Assembly: GCA_047601445.1 (NCBI GenBank)
Contig: JASGJH010000001.1
Span: 1,088,001-1,152,000, forward strand
Length of the DNA: 64,000 bases
Origin: Myxococcales bacterium
Lineage (GTDB): Bacteria; Myxococcota_A; Polyangia; Polyangiales; DASUME01
Reading direction: 5' to 3'
A model generated the notes under the pieces. It saw only the letters and a list, made by a program, of their open reading frames with translations. It did no database searches and was not told the origin of the DNA. How positions within the stretch are numbered: position 1 is the first letter of the stretch; the number at the start of each line of letters is the position of its first letter. Shown in pieces: positions 28,901 through 37,579 of the stretch. A program made the position numbers and the translations under genes.

Positions 28901-29397
28901 ATTTCGCGCTGAAGGTTGACGCTGACGAAGTTGTACAGGAAGTTCTGGTCGAGGTTCGGATCCGTCGCGAAGACGTTCACGTACATCAACATGCTGGTCA
29001 TGTTCTGGATGACGATGACGCCTTCGCGCTGCACGATGTCGGGCACGCGGTTTTTGACCGCGAGCACGCGGTTGTTTACCTGCATCACGTTCGCGTTGGG
29101 GTCGGTGCCCGGCTCGAACACGATGGTGATCGCACCTTCGCCCGCGCTGGTCGCGCTACTGATCATGTAGCGCATGCCCGGCACGCCGTTGATGGCCTGC
29201 TCCAGGATGACCATCGTCGAGTCGACGAGGATCTTGGCGCTGGCGCCCGGATAGGACACCTGGACCAACACGGTCGGCGGCGCCACCTCCGGGAACTGGG
29301 AGATGGGCAGCATTTTGATAGATAGCCCACCCATCAAGAGAATGAGCAAAGAGATGACGATCGCCAGCGCAGGGCGGCGTAGGAAGCTTGCGAACAT
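25927..29397 (-). CDS. RND efflux permease (HAE1/AcrB-like)
   Basis: ISQFPEVAPPTV, YPGASA, LAIGVVVDDAIVVVE, AVFIPV, GLLGKNAILIIEFA, RFRPIMMTSFAF. Confidence 0.96.
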   Translation of the reverse strand: MFASFLRRPALAIVISLLILLMGGLSIKMLPISQFPEVAPPTVLVQVSYPGASAKILVDSTMVILEQAINGVPGMRYMISSATSAGEGAITIVFEPGTDPNANVMQVNNRVLAVKNRVPDIVQREGVIVIQNMTSMLMYVNVFATDPNLDQNFLYNFVSVNLQREIQRIRGVGQANILGNRAYAMRVELDMDRMRAYRISAEEVMKALNDQSMIGSPGRLGQATGTTSQTREYVLTWIGRYTTPEQYEGIILRANPDGEVLRLRDVAKVRLGSSFYDLYSDLDGQASAAIVLKQTPGSNAADVIAEVKAKLEEIKKERFPPGMDYKITYDVSAFLDASIEKVLHTLFEAFVLVSLVVFLFLGDFRSTLIPTLAVPVSLIGSFFFMKSLGLSINLITLFALVLAIGVVVDDAIVVVEAVHEKMHTKHLSPYRATLEVVHEISGAIIAITLVMTAVFIPVTFVPGPVGVFYRQFGLTMASSIVLSGVVALTLTPVLCAMILKPHGQVKPQGGLVGVLNRRISQSGDRAPALRTAVTAVLGLLVGVATYFVLHNEIVHELLSEQLELTPTKIYVIAALVAGLAFASFRAAFSGTDGTEKKRGPIGVFVKAFDRAVEKVTGVYAAIVSRIISRRLLTMLMIGGFCFGIVAVSKVLPSGFIPMEDQGMIYGIIQTPPGSTLEYTNAKSHELQVICKELEEVAAVASVAGYEVLTEGRGSNAGTVLINLKPWNERTRTSKEIIEELEERAHKIADVKLEFFEPPAVPGFGMAGGVSLNLLDKTNSGDYKQLGEVTDKFMAALRKRKELAGLFTFFAANYPQYEVVIDNQAAMQKGVSIRDAMDNLSIVVGSTWEQGFVRFGQFYKVYVQAKPEFRRFPKDFDNMFLKNDKGEMVPYSAFMHLRKDQGLNEINRYNLYPTAPIQASPAKGYSSGQAIEAIKEVAKQTLPRGFDIDWAGLAYDEAKAGNEALYIFLIVVLFVYLVLVGQYESFIIPLGVIISLPIGVFGSFALLRALGLANDVYAQIGLVMLVGLLGKNAILIIEFAVQRRREGLSIVDAGIEGARLRFRPIMMTSFAFIVGLVPLVRATGAGAIGNRTIGSTGVGGMLMGTLVGVFVIPGLYYLVAKLADGRALIRDEADEPLSELLEHKPIPPDSDAEHGHA

Positions 29398-29408
29398 GGG
29401 AGGGATTC

Positions 29409-30644
29409 CTATTCGGCGTGGAACTTCAGATGGCTGAGAATCTCGCTGGGGGACTGGACCTCATAGGCCACGTGGTCGCCGTCCTTCGCTTCTCGCACGC
29501 CTTCGAAGATGATCTTGTCGTTCGCCTCGAGGCCCTTCTTGATCACGTAGATGTCTTCCATTTCTTCCTGGACGACGATCTCACGCTGGCGCACGACGCC
29601 ATGACCCTGCGCACCTTCGGGGGCGGCAGCATGCTTCGCCCCGTGATCCGCCGAAGCTTCGTGGCCCTCGCCCTTGGGGGCGGGGGTCTCGTGCCCGGTG
29701 TTCGGCTTGCCGTCGGAGGCGGCGCCCTGCTCGATCACGTACACGTACTGCTTGGCGAGGATCTCGTAGGTCGCACGCTGGGGAATGACGATGGCGTTCT
29801 TCACCTTGCGATGCAGCAAGATGGTACCGGTCTGACCGTGACGCAGCAGGCCTTCCGGGTTCGGGAAGTCCGCGCGGAAGGCGATGTTGCCGGTCTCGTT
29901 GTTGAAGTCGGCTTCGATCGCGCCGATCTTGCCCGGGTAGGGGAAGATCTGGCCGTTGGCTAGCTGGAGCTCGACCTCCAGGCTGTCGTCGCCCTTGTTC
30001 AGCTGGGACTTGTACTCGAGGTACTGGGCCTCGGGGACGTTGAAGTAGACCCACATCAGCTGGTTGTCAGAGAGGGTGGAGAGGATGTCTCCCTCTTCGA
30101 CCAAGCTGCCCTTCTGTTCGTGCTGGCGGTCGACCATGCCGTCGAAGGGCGCCTTGATCGCGGTGAAGTTCAGCTCGGCCTGGGCGCGCTTGACCTTGGC
30201 GTGGGCCCGCGCGAGCTCGGCGTTGGCCATCGCCAACTCCTGCTTCGACACGATGGCTTGGTTGGTCAGGTTCTGCGTGTTGTTGAACCGGATCTGCGCG
30301 AGTTCCGCCTCGGCCATCTCCGTGTCGAGGGTGGCTTGGTAGAGAACGGGGACGATCTTGAACATCACCTCGTTCTTCTTGACCGACTGCCCTTCCTTCA
30401 CGTTGATCTCTTCGAGATAGCCGCGCTCGAGGGCGCGGATCTCGATGTGGGCGCGCGAGTGGATCTGGCAGACGAACTGCTGGGTGGTGACGACGTCCTT
30501 CACGATGGGCGTGGTGACCACGATGCGGCGCTGCTGCTCCTCGTGCTTCTCCTCGGCCTCGGTCTTGCTGCAGCCGTGGAGCAGCGGGGCCGCGCACAAC
30601 GCAGCCATCAACGGAAGGGTCTTCAAGGTTTGCAAGCGCTTCAT
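29409..30644 (-). CDS. RND periplasmic adaptor (membrane fusion) lipoprotein
   Basis: Lipobox LHGC, EIRALERGYLEEINVKEGQ, IKAPFDG, TGNIAFRADFPNP, IVIPQRA. Confidence 0.95.
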   Translation of the reverse strand: MKRLQTLKTLPLMAALCAAPLLHGCSKTEAEEKHEEQQRRIVVTTPIVKDVVTTQQFVCQIHSRAHIEIRALERGYLEEINVKEGQSVKKNEVMFKIVPVLYQATLDTEMAEAELAQIRFNNTQNLTNQAIVSKQELAMANAELARAHAKVKRAQAELNFTAIKAPFDGMVDRQHEQKGSLVEEGDILSTLSDNQLMWVYFNVPEAQYLEYKSQLNKGDDSLEVELQLANGQIFPYPGKIGAIEADFNNETGNIAFRADFPNPEGLLRHGQTGTILLHRKVKNAIVIPQRATYEILAKQYVYVIEQGAASDGKPNTGHETPAPKGEGHEASADHGAKHAAAPEGAQGHGVVRQREIVVQEEMEDIYVIKKGLEANDKIIFEGVREAKDGDHVAYEVQSPSEILSHLKFHAE

Positions 30645-30903
30645 CGGTCGTTCCCGTTCTCGCGCGCGGGTTCTCCGCGCAAAAACTGTTGCTTCATCGG
30701 GTTACTTGAAAGGGCGCCCGAGCTCGGAGGAACTGCGGAGCTGACCTGAGAGGAACCGGGCACGCGTGGGCCGTGCGCGGGAAAGAACTCGGTTGCTGCC
30801 TGTCCACGCTGCATGTGCCCGGGAACCAAGCGAGCCGTGCCACGGCTCTCTCCCATGAAGTGGGCAGATGCGCCAAGGCGCTCAGCGCAACTTGGCACGC
30901 GCG

Positions 30904-31308
30904 TCAGCACGCGGGCTGCGGTGGGCCGGTGGCCCATATCGATGCAACGAGGCACAGCGCCCTCAGGGTTCGTGGTTCGGCAACGGATGGCTCGTGCTCG
31001 AGCGAGAAGCGCTCGGGGGCGGCCGCAACAACCAACTGGTGGGCGGGGGATGACGCGGCCACACCTTCGGCGCGCTCGGTCTGGGAGGGCCACAAGGCCT
31101 TGAGCTCGCAACCAGAGGGCGCGGCGTGGTGCTGCTCTTGGAACCGCAAGCGACCGGGCGTGGAACGAAACAGGAGGCGCGCGCCCGCATCCGCAAGGCT
31201 CGTGGCGTCCGCGCGGTGCGAAGGCACGGCGCTGCCGAACTGGGCGATGCCCAGCCACACGACGAGTGCGAGCTGCGAAAACAAAACTGAGAACCGCGCC
31301 GGGTTCAC
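30904..31308 (-). CDS. small upstream ORF with N-terminal signal/TM segment and C-terminal ATGPP
   Basis: GTG start preceded by AGGAGG; hydrophobic N-terminus (VLFSQLALVVWLGIAQF); ends SIWATGPPQPAC; same strand as, and 260 bp upstream of, the RND operon. Confidence 0.6.
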   Translation of the reverse strand: MNPARFSVLFSQLALVVWLGIAQFGSAVPSHRADATSLADAGARLLFRSTPGRLRFQEQHHAAPSGCELKALWPSQTERAEGVAASSPAHQLVVAAAPERFSLEHEPSVAEPRTLRALCLVASIWATGPPQPAC

Positions 31309-31881
31309 CCGTTCCTCCTGACGTCCCTAAACACACTTGTGGCGACCAGGGATGCCGAACTGCCTCTCAAGACGGAAGCACCCTGTACAAGGTTTCCCGA
31401 AAAGAGGGGTCCAGGCGACTTTTGAGAGGAGAATTTGTGCGCCTTGGGGGGCGTCTTGCCCCTTGCCAACTGCTGGAAATGATGCTGAAGCGCGGTGGTC
31501 ATCCCAGTGCGCCTGAGTCCTGCTCACCTTTCGCCCCGGGCGCCTCGGTGTGTGGCGGAATACTCGGCTGCGAACCCAAAGCAGTCACGCACAGACCAGC
31601 CTGGGCCGCCACGTCGCCGCGTGGGAATTTGGTGCGCTGGCTCGCAGAGTGCGCGGTCCGTCCGCGCGGGGGTTACGGAATAGGAAAATCTCAGGAGAGC
31701 GGGAGCGCTGCGTGTGCGCAAACTCGCCCCGCTCGTCGTGGAACCCGGCGCGACATTTCGAATGAGCCTCGCGCTCGTCCGACGGCCGCGCGGTCGGGAC
31801 TGGCTCTTGCACGCACTACGGGGGTGGGCTGCCAGGGCAGCCACATCAACGTGCTCTCAGGGCACGACGGAGGGCAGCCGG

Positions 31882-33315
31882 GTGCGACGCCTCGATGTCG
31901 TCATCGTTGGGGCCGGCCCCAACGGCCTGACCGCGGGGATCGCGCTGCAACGAGCGGGACTCGAAACGCTCGTACTCGAACAAGCCGACCGTCCCGGGGG
32001 CGGGGCCCGCACCAGCGAGCTGACCTTGCCCGGCTTTCGCCACGACGACTGCTCTTCGGTGCATCCGCTCGCGTTGGCATCACCTTTCTTTCGCGACCTT
32101 GGCCTGGAGAGGTACGGCCTTCAGTGGGTCCATCCGAGCGCGCCGCTGGTCCATGCGCTGAATGAAGACGAAGTGGTGAGCATGGAGCGTTCCGTGAGCG
32201 TGACGGCGCACGGGCTGGGTGCGGACCGGATTGCCTACGAAGCGTTGATGGGACCTTTCGTGGAGCACTTTCATGAACTCGCGCCGATGGTGCTCGGTCC
32301 CCTGCGTTGGCCCACCTCGCCGCTGTTCATGGCGCGCTTCGGCCTGCAAGCCATACGCTCGCTGCATGGCTTGGCGGGCTCCTGGTTTTCGGAATCCAGG
32401 GCCGCTGCGTTGCTCGCAGGGATTGCCGCGCACGCCATGGTGCCGCTCGAGCGGGCTGCGACGGCTTCCTTTGCGCTGGTGCTCGGCGCCGCCGCGCACG
32501 CGGTGGGGTGGCCGGTCGCGGTCGGAGGCTCACAAGCCATCAGCGACGCGCTGCTCGCTTGTTACCGAGAGCTCGGCGGTGAACTGTGCACGGGGCGGGC
32601 GATCCGCCATGCGTCCCAGCTGCCCGCTGCGCGTTGTTACGTGTACGACCTGCCTCCGCGCCACTTGCTCGACATCGCCGGTGACGCGCTGCCCGCGTTC
32701 TATAGGGCGCGCTTGAGGCAGTTTCGGCACGGGCCTGGCGTGTGCAAGGTGGACTGGGCACTCGACGGTCCGATCCCCTGGCGGAATCCCCTGTGCGCGA
32801 GGGCGGCGACCGTCCACCTATCGGGAACGCTCTCGAAGGTTGGCGCGTCGGAGCGCGCGGTCCACGCAGGTCGGCACGAGGCCGACCCCTTCGTACTGTT
32901 GGTCCAGGCCAGTCTGTTCGACGCAAGCCGCGCGCCCCCTGGCGAGCATACCGGCTGGGCCTACTGCCACGTGCCCGCAGGCTCCGAGGTGGACCAGAGC
33001 GCGGCCATCGAAGCCCACGTGGAGCGCTTTGCGCCAGGCTTTCGCGGGCGGATCCGCGCCCGTCACGTGCGCAGTCCGCGAGACCTGGAGCGTTACAATC
33101 CGAACTGCATCGGCGGCGATATCAGCGGTGGCAGCCCCGACTTGGCCCAACTGTTCTTTCGTCCCGTGGCGCGCGTCGATCCCTACCGCACTCCGGCGCC
33201 GAACATCTTTCTGTGCTCTGCGTCGACCCCGCCCGGCGGCGGCGTCCACGGGATGTGTGGCTACTGGTGCGCGCGCAGCGTGCTCGCCCACTGGCGCCGC
33301 TTGGATCGACCTTGA
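31882..33315 (+). CDS. NAD(P)/FAD-dependent oxidoreductase, phytoene-dehydrogenase-like
   Basis: GAGPNGL Rossmann motif, GGGARTSELTLPGFRHDDCSSVHP, NPNCIGGDI, CSASTPPGGGVHGMCG; GTG after GGAGG. Confidence 0.9.
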   Translation: MRRLDVVIVGAGPNGLTAGIALQRAGLETLVLEQADRPGGGARTSELTLPGFRHDDCSSVHPLALASPFFRDLGLERYGLQWVHPSAPLVHALNEDEVVSMERSVSVTAHGLGADRIAYEALMGPFVEHFHELAPMVLGPLRWPTSPLFMARFGLQAIRSLHGLAGSWFSESRAAALLAGIAAHAMVPLERAATASFALVLGAAAHAVGWPVAVGGSQAISDALLACYRELGGELCTGRAIRHASQLPAARCYVYDLPPRHLLDIAGDALPAFYRARLRQFRHGPGVCKVDWALDGPIPWRNPLCARAATVHLSGTLSKVGASERAVHAGRHEADPFVLLVQASLFDASRAPPGEHTGWAYCHVPAGSEVDQSAAIEAHVERFAPGFRGRIRARHVRSPRDLERYNPNCIGGDISGGSPDLAQLFFRPVARVDPYRTPAPNIFLCSASTPPGGGVHGMCGYWCARSVLAHWRRLDRP

Positions 33316-33369
33316 GCGCGGTTGTTGGCCGCCTCGCGAACGCGGCTTCGATCCGAGGCGCCCGCTATT

Positions 33370-33420
33370 TTTGTTAACAAACATGTTATCTCAATTTTAT
33401 TTGCACTAACACACCTATTA
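33370..33420. promoter_or_regulatory. AT-rich promoter with two TAACA-N4-T[GA]TTA operator-like sites
   Basis: TAACAAACATGTTA 33375-33388 and TAACACACCTATTA 33407-33420, plus palindrome TTTGTTAACAAA 33370-33381, directly upstream of a TetR-containing operon. Confidence 0.65.
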
Positions 33421-33461
33421 ATTCAAATATGCCCCTGCTTGCCTTCGGCAGGGAGGGACCA

Positions 33462-34409
33462 GTGCAACAGGAAAGCGCCGAAAACGTTCCCGGGCCTTCG
33501 CGTGAAGAGGTCCGCTTCGCGATCCGAGGCGAGACTTGCGCCGCATGGTTGTACCGCGCGAAAGGGCGCGGACCGCACCCCATCGTGGTGATGGCTCATG
33601 GGCTCGGCGCCACGCGCGAGCTGGGGCTCGACCCGTATGCGAGGCGCTTTCAGGAAGCCGGCATGTCGGCCTTGGTGTTCGACTACCGTCACTACGGAGC
33701 GAGCTCGGCAGAGCCTCGGGAGCTGCTGTCGATCCCCCGCCAACTCGCGGATTTCCGTGCTGCGGTGGCGTTCGCGCGCGCTTTGCCGGGGGTGGACTCG
33801 ACGCGGGTCGCGATCTGGGGCTCTTCGTTCGGCGGCGGACACGTGATGAGCTTGGCTGCAGAGGAGCTCGGCCTCAGGGCCGCCGTCTCGCAGGTGCCGT
33901 TCTCGAGCGGGCTCGCCAGCACGCTTTGCCTCCCCTTGTTCACGGCGTTGCGCATCACGGCCATGGCGTTGTGGGACCTCGCGCGCACGGCCGTGGGGCT
34001 CTCGCCGGCGTACATTCAACTCCTCGGTGCGCCGGGCGAAGTCGCGCTGATGTCCGCGCCAGACTGCCGCCCGGGCTACCTGAGGCTCGTGCCGCCGGAC
34101 GCGGAACCCGCGGGCCGCTGGCGGAACCGAGTGTGTGCGCGAATCGGCCTCGCCATCCCGCTTTACGCGCCAGGGACGAAGCTCGCGCGCGCTCGGATTC
34201 CCGTGTTCGTGGCGGTGGCCGAGCAAGACTCGATTGCCCCCGCCGGCCCGACCATTCGTGCCGCCGAGCAGAATCCCCAGGTAGAGCTCAAGCGCTATCC
34301 CCTCGGGCACTTCGACTACTATCCGGAGCCCAGCTCGAAAGCTGGCGCCGAGTTCGACCGGGTCTTCGCGGACGAGATGGTCTTCCTGCGCAAGCACCTG
34401 CTGGCATGA
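33462..34409 (+). CDS. alpha/beta hydrolase
   Basis: MAHGLG, FDYRHYGAS, nucleophile WGSSFGGG, EQDSI, GHFDYY. GTG 33462 follows GGGAGG (alternative ATG 33429). Confidence 0.9.
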   Translation: MQQESAENVPGPSREEVRFAIRGETCAAWLYRAKGRGPHPIVVMAHGLGATRELGLDPYARRFQEAGMSALVFDYRHYGASSAEPRELLSIPRQLADFRAAVAFARALPGVDSTRVAIWGSSFGGGHVMSLAAEELGLRAAVSQVPFSSGLASTLCLPLFTALRITAMALWDLARTAVGLSPAYIQLLGAPGEVALMSAPDCRPGYLRLVPPDAEPAGRWRNRVCARIGLAIPLYAPGTKLARARIPVFVAVAEQDSIAPAGPTIRAAEQNPQVELKRYPLGHFDYYPEPSSKAGAEFDRVFADEMVFLRKHLLA

Positions 34410-35158
34410 TCAGACGAACCGACAAGGACGAAGCTCGCAACCCGGGTGCGCGCAAGCGTTCTCCCTCACGGGCGCAGACGCGCACGCGTGCGCGGGGCCG
34501 ACCGCCCAAGACCGCCGAAGGACACGCAGAGATGCGACGCACCTTCCTCGAGGCCACCCGCCGCGTGTTTGCACGCGAGGGCTACCACGCCTTGAGCGTC
34601 GAACTCGTCCTGCGCGAAGCCGGGCTATCGCGGCCCACCTTCTACAAGTACTTCGAGTCCGTCGACGCTGCCATCGACGTGGTGCTGCGCGAAGTCAACG
34701 ATGACCTCATCGAGAGCCTGCTCTCCGCCATCTCAAGTGCCAGTGCGCCCTACGACAAGCTCGAGGCCGCACTGCTGGCGTGGCGCTCCTGGGGGGAGCG
34801 GCTGGGACCCATGCTGCGGCCGCTCTTCGCGGAGCTACATGACCCGCACTCGCCTGCATCGCGGCATCGAAAGCGTACCCAGCGCCTCCTGGCGAAGCAC
34901 TTCTTGTCCGCGAGCGAGGCGATCGGGCGGCCGGCCCCCGCTCCTTTGATGCTCGAGACGCTGATCCAGGGCATGGAGTTCCTCGGCTATCGCTACCACT
35001 TCGAGACCAAGCGCGACGCCGAAAGCTGGCGCATCACCCGGGAAGCCATGTTGCGGCTAGCCTTCGGCATGTTGGCGACGGAGCCTGAGCTGGCTCACGC
35101 GGTACCGCTTCTGCGCGCAGCCAACGTGCGCCTCTCGCACGAGGAGCGCACGCCATGA
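34406..35158 (+). CDS. TetR/AcrR family regulator
   Basis: RGRPPK, HTH LSVELVLREAGLSRPTFYKYF; ATGA overlaps at both ends. Confidence 0.9.
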   Translation: MIRRTDKDEARNPGARKRSPSRAQTRTRARGRPPKTAEGHAEMRRTFLEATRRVFAREGYHALSVELVLREAGLSRPTFYKYFESVDAAIDVVLREVNDDLIESLLSAISSASAPYDKLEAALLAWRSWGERLGPMLRPLFAELHDPHSPASRHRKRTQRLLAKHFLSASEAIGRPAPAPLMLETLIQGMEFLGYRYHFETKRDAESWRITREAMLRLAFGMLATEPELAHAVPLLRAANVRLSHEERTP

Positions 35159-36753
35159 GCTTCGACTTCGACGTGGTGATCGTGGGCTCGGGCTTCGGCG
35201 GCAGCGTCACCGCCCTGCGGCTCGCCGAGCGTGGGAAGCGTGTCTGCGTACTCGAGCAGGGGCGTCGCCCCTCGTCCCGTGACCTCGAGCGTGCCGGCGA
35301 CGATCCGCGTGCCCTCGCCTGGGCCCCGGATCTCAAGCTCACAGGCGTGCTCTCTCTCGACGTGTTCCGCCACCTGGCCGTGCTGCGCGGCGTGGGCGTC
35401 GGTGGCGGGAGTCTCATCTACGCGGGTGTGCTGCTCGAACCACGCGCCAGCTTCTTCCGCTCGCCGGCATGGTCGCACCTCTCAGCGGACTTCGCGACAG
35501 AGCTCGCTCCCCATTTCGCCAGTGTGCGCCGCATGCTCGGCGTCGCGGACAATCCTTACAAGGGCCTGCAAGACGAGTGGCTGGCCCGGGCGGCTGCGCG
35601 CATGGGGAAGGGCGACACCTACGGCACGGTGCCGCAAGGCATCTTCTTCGGGGACAGCGAGCGCGAGACGCCAGATCCTTTTTTCGGCGGTGCCGGACCG
35701 GCTCGACGTGGCTGCACTCAGTGTGGCCGTTGCCTGAGCGGGTGCGCTTACGGGGCCAAGAACTCGCTCGATTTGAACTACCTCCATCTCGCCGAACGCC
35801 ACGGTGCGCGAATTCTCAGCGAGCGTCAGGTGACTCATGTGGAGCCGCTCCCAGGGGGTGGGTACCGCGTTCATCAGAGGCACGCCTGGGACCGCAGCGT
35901 CCGCCACGCGCCGATATCCGCCCGGCAGGTCGTGCTGGCTGCGGGGGTGCTCGGCACGCTCGAGGTGCTGTTCGCTTCGCGTGACCGCTACCGTTCCCTG
36001 CCGGCGCTGCCGCCTTCGCTCGGCCGTGTGGTACGCACCAACAGTGAGGCCCTGGTCGGCATCTTGGCGCGCGATCGGGAACAGAACCTCACGCACGGCG
36101 CGACCATCTCCTCGCACTTCTACCCCAACGAAAAAACGCACATCACCCAGAATCGCCTGCCGCCGAGCTTCGATTTGATGCGCTTCGGCATGGGTCCCCT
36201 CGTCGACGGTCCGGACGCGAGGCGGCGCGCTCTCCGGGTTCTCTCCGGCATGGCAGGTCGTCCGGTCGCCACCGCGCGGACCCAAATCGTGAGCGATTGG
36301 CACCGTCGCATGACCATGCTCACGGTGATGCAAGACACCGACACGGAGCTGGCGTTCGGCTATGGACGCACGCCCTTTCGCGGGCTGCGGCGTGGCCTCA
36401 CGTCCCAGGCCGTGCGTGGCGCGCAGCTCGCCTACATCCGGGAGGCGAACGAGGCGGCTCGGGCGTTCGCGGAGGCCAGCGGAGGCACGCCCCTCAACAG
36501 CGTCCTCGAGAGCGTGGGCAACCTCTCGGTCACCGCACACATCCTGGGCGGGGCCGTGATGGCGCCCAACCCCGAGCAAGGCGTGATCGACCGCGACCAT
36601 CAGGTATTCGGCTACGCGGGCCTCTATGTGGTCGATGGCAGCGCGCTGCCCGTGAACGTCGGTGTCAATCCCAGTCTGACCATCGCGGCGCTCGCCGAGC
36701 GCTTTGCTGCGCGCTTCTTGGCGCGCGAAGCGGAGGCTCCCCATGCGCGCTGA
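35155..36753 (+). CDS. GMC oxidoreductase, cholesterol-oxidase (ChoD)-like
   Basis: DVVIVGSGFGGSV, GVGVGGGSLIYA, CTQCGRCLSGC-AYGAKNSLDLNYL, TAHILGG, GVNPSLTIAALAER. Confidence 0.92.
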   Translation: MSFDFDVVIVGSGFGGSVTALRLAERGKRVCVLEQGRRPSSRDLERAGDDPRALAWAPDLKLTGVLSLDVFRHLAVLRGVGVGGGSLIYAGVLLEPRASFFRSPAWSHLSADFATELAPHFASVRRMLGVADNPYKGLQDEWLARAAARMGKGDTYGTVPQGIFFGDSERETPDPFFGGAGPARRGCTQCGRCLSGCAYGAKNSLDLNYLHLAERHGARILSERQVTHVEPLPGGGYRVHQRHAWDRSVRHAPISARQVVLAAGVLGTLEVLFASRDRYRSLPALPPSLGRVVRTNSEALVGILARDREQNLTHGATISSHFYPNEKTHITQNRLPPSFDLMRFGMGPLVDGPDARRRALRVLSGMAGRPVATARTQIVSDWHRRMTMLTVMQDTDTELAFGYGRTPFRGLRRGLTSQAVRGAQLAYIREANEAARAFAEASGGTPLNSVLESVGNLSVTAHILGGAVMAPNPEQGVIDRDHQVFGYAGLYVVDGSALPVNVGVNPSLTIAALAERFAARFLAREAEAPHAR

Positions 36754-37549
36754 AAGCTGTACCGTCATCACTGGAGGCTCGTCCGGATTGGGACTTGCCC
36801 TGGCCGAGGCCCTTGCCTTGCGTGGGCAGCGGCTAGTCCTCGTGGCCCGCGACAGGAACCGCCTGGAGCGCGCCGTCGCGACCCTCCAGAGCCGAGTCCC
36901 AGCGGCGAACGTGCACGCGCTCGCCCTCGACGTCACGAACGTGCAGCAAGTCCATGCGGCCTTCGCGGAGCTGCCGCAGAAGCACGGACAGGTCGCCTTG
37001 CTGATCAACTCGGCGGGCGCGCTCCGTGAGGGCCCGTTCGAGGAGCTATCGGACCAGGATGCCCGGGCGCTGATGGAGGTCAATTACTTCGGCGCCCTCA
37101 ACGCCATTCGCGCCGCGCTGCCGCAGCTGCGCCGCACCCGCGGGCGCATCCTCAACATCGCCTCGATGGCTGCGCTCACCGGCGTATACGGCTACACGGC
37201 ATATTGCGGGTCAAAGCACGCCCTGCTCGGCGCCTCCGAAGCGCTGCGCGCCGAGCTAGCTCCCCAAGGCGTACGCGTTCAGGTGCTGTGTCCCGGCGAG
37301 TTCGACTCACCCATGATCGAAGAACTCGATCGCTACCGCACCCCGGAGAATCGCGCCCACACCTTGGCCATCCCCAAGACGCCGGTCCCAGTCATCGTGC
37401 GCGACACGCTCGCGGGGCTCGAGAGCGAGCGCTTTCTCTTGATCCCCGGAGCTCCGGCGCGCCTCACCGCGATGGCGCTTCGCCATGCTCCCGCCCTGGT
37501 TCGCTGGGTAGGGGACCTGCGCATTCGCACCGCGGCGAAAAAACGCTGA
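36743..37549 (+). CDS. short-chain dehydrogenase/reductase
   Basis: TGGSSGLG, INSAG, SMA, YCGSK (YxxxK). Confidence 0.93.
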   Translation: MRAESCTVITGGSSGLGLALAEALALRGQRLVLVARDRNRLERAVATLQSRVPAANVHALALDVTNVQQVHAAFAELPQKHGQVALLINSAGALREGPFEELSDQDARALMEVNYFGALNAIRAALPQLRRTRGRILNIASMAALTGVYGYTAYCGSKHALLGASEALRAELAPQGVRVQVLCPGEFDSPMIEELDRYRTPENRAHTLAIPKTPVPVIVRDTLAGLESERFLLIPGAPARLTAMALRHAPALVRWVGDLRIRTAAKKR

Positions 37550-37579
37550 CCGAAGCGAACGGCCGTCGTGCCCCCCCTA

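Noticed and set aside
31310..31880. Intergenic region with CCTCTCAA/TTGAGAGG pairing, considered as a riboswitch or hidden gene
   Set aside because: No match to riboswitch consensus sequences I know and no ORF with convincing features; it probably just holds divergent promoters.
1..33315. Carotenoid biosynthesis cluster (oxygenase plus phytoene-dehydrogenase-like gene)
   Set aside because: Over 31 kb apart, no crtB/crtE/crtY seen, and the oxidoreductase belongs to a broad family not specific to carotenoids.
33536..35158. 540-aa ORF suggesting a TetR with a long N-terminal extension
   Set aside because: The first 290 codons are an off-frame read of the hydrolase gene; the real start is the ATGA overlap at 34406.
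14889..37549. Sphingolipid pathway from the oxoamine synthase plus the SDR (as a ketosphinganine reductase)
   Set aside because: The genes are about 20 kb apart in separate operons, no ceramide synthase or ACP is nearby, and substrate cannot be read from the motifs.
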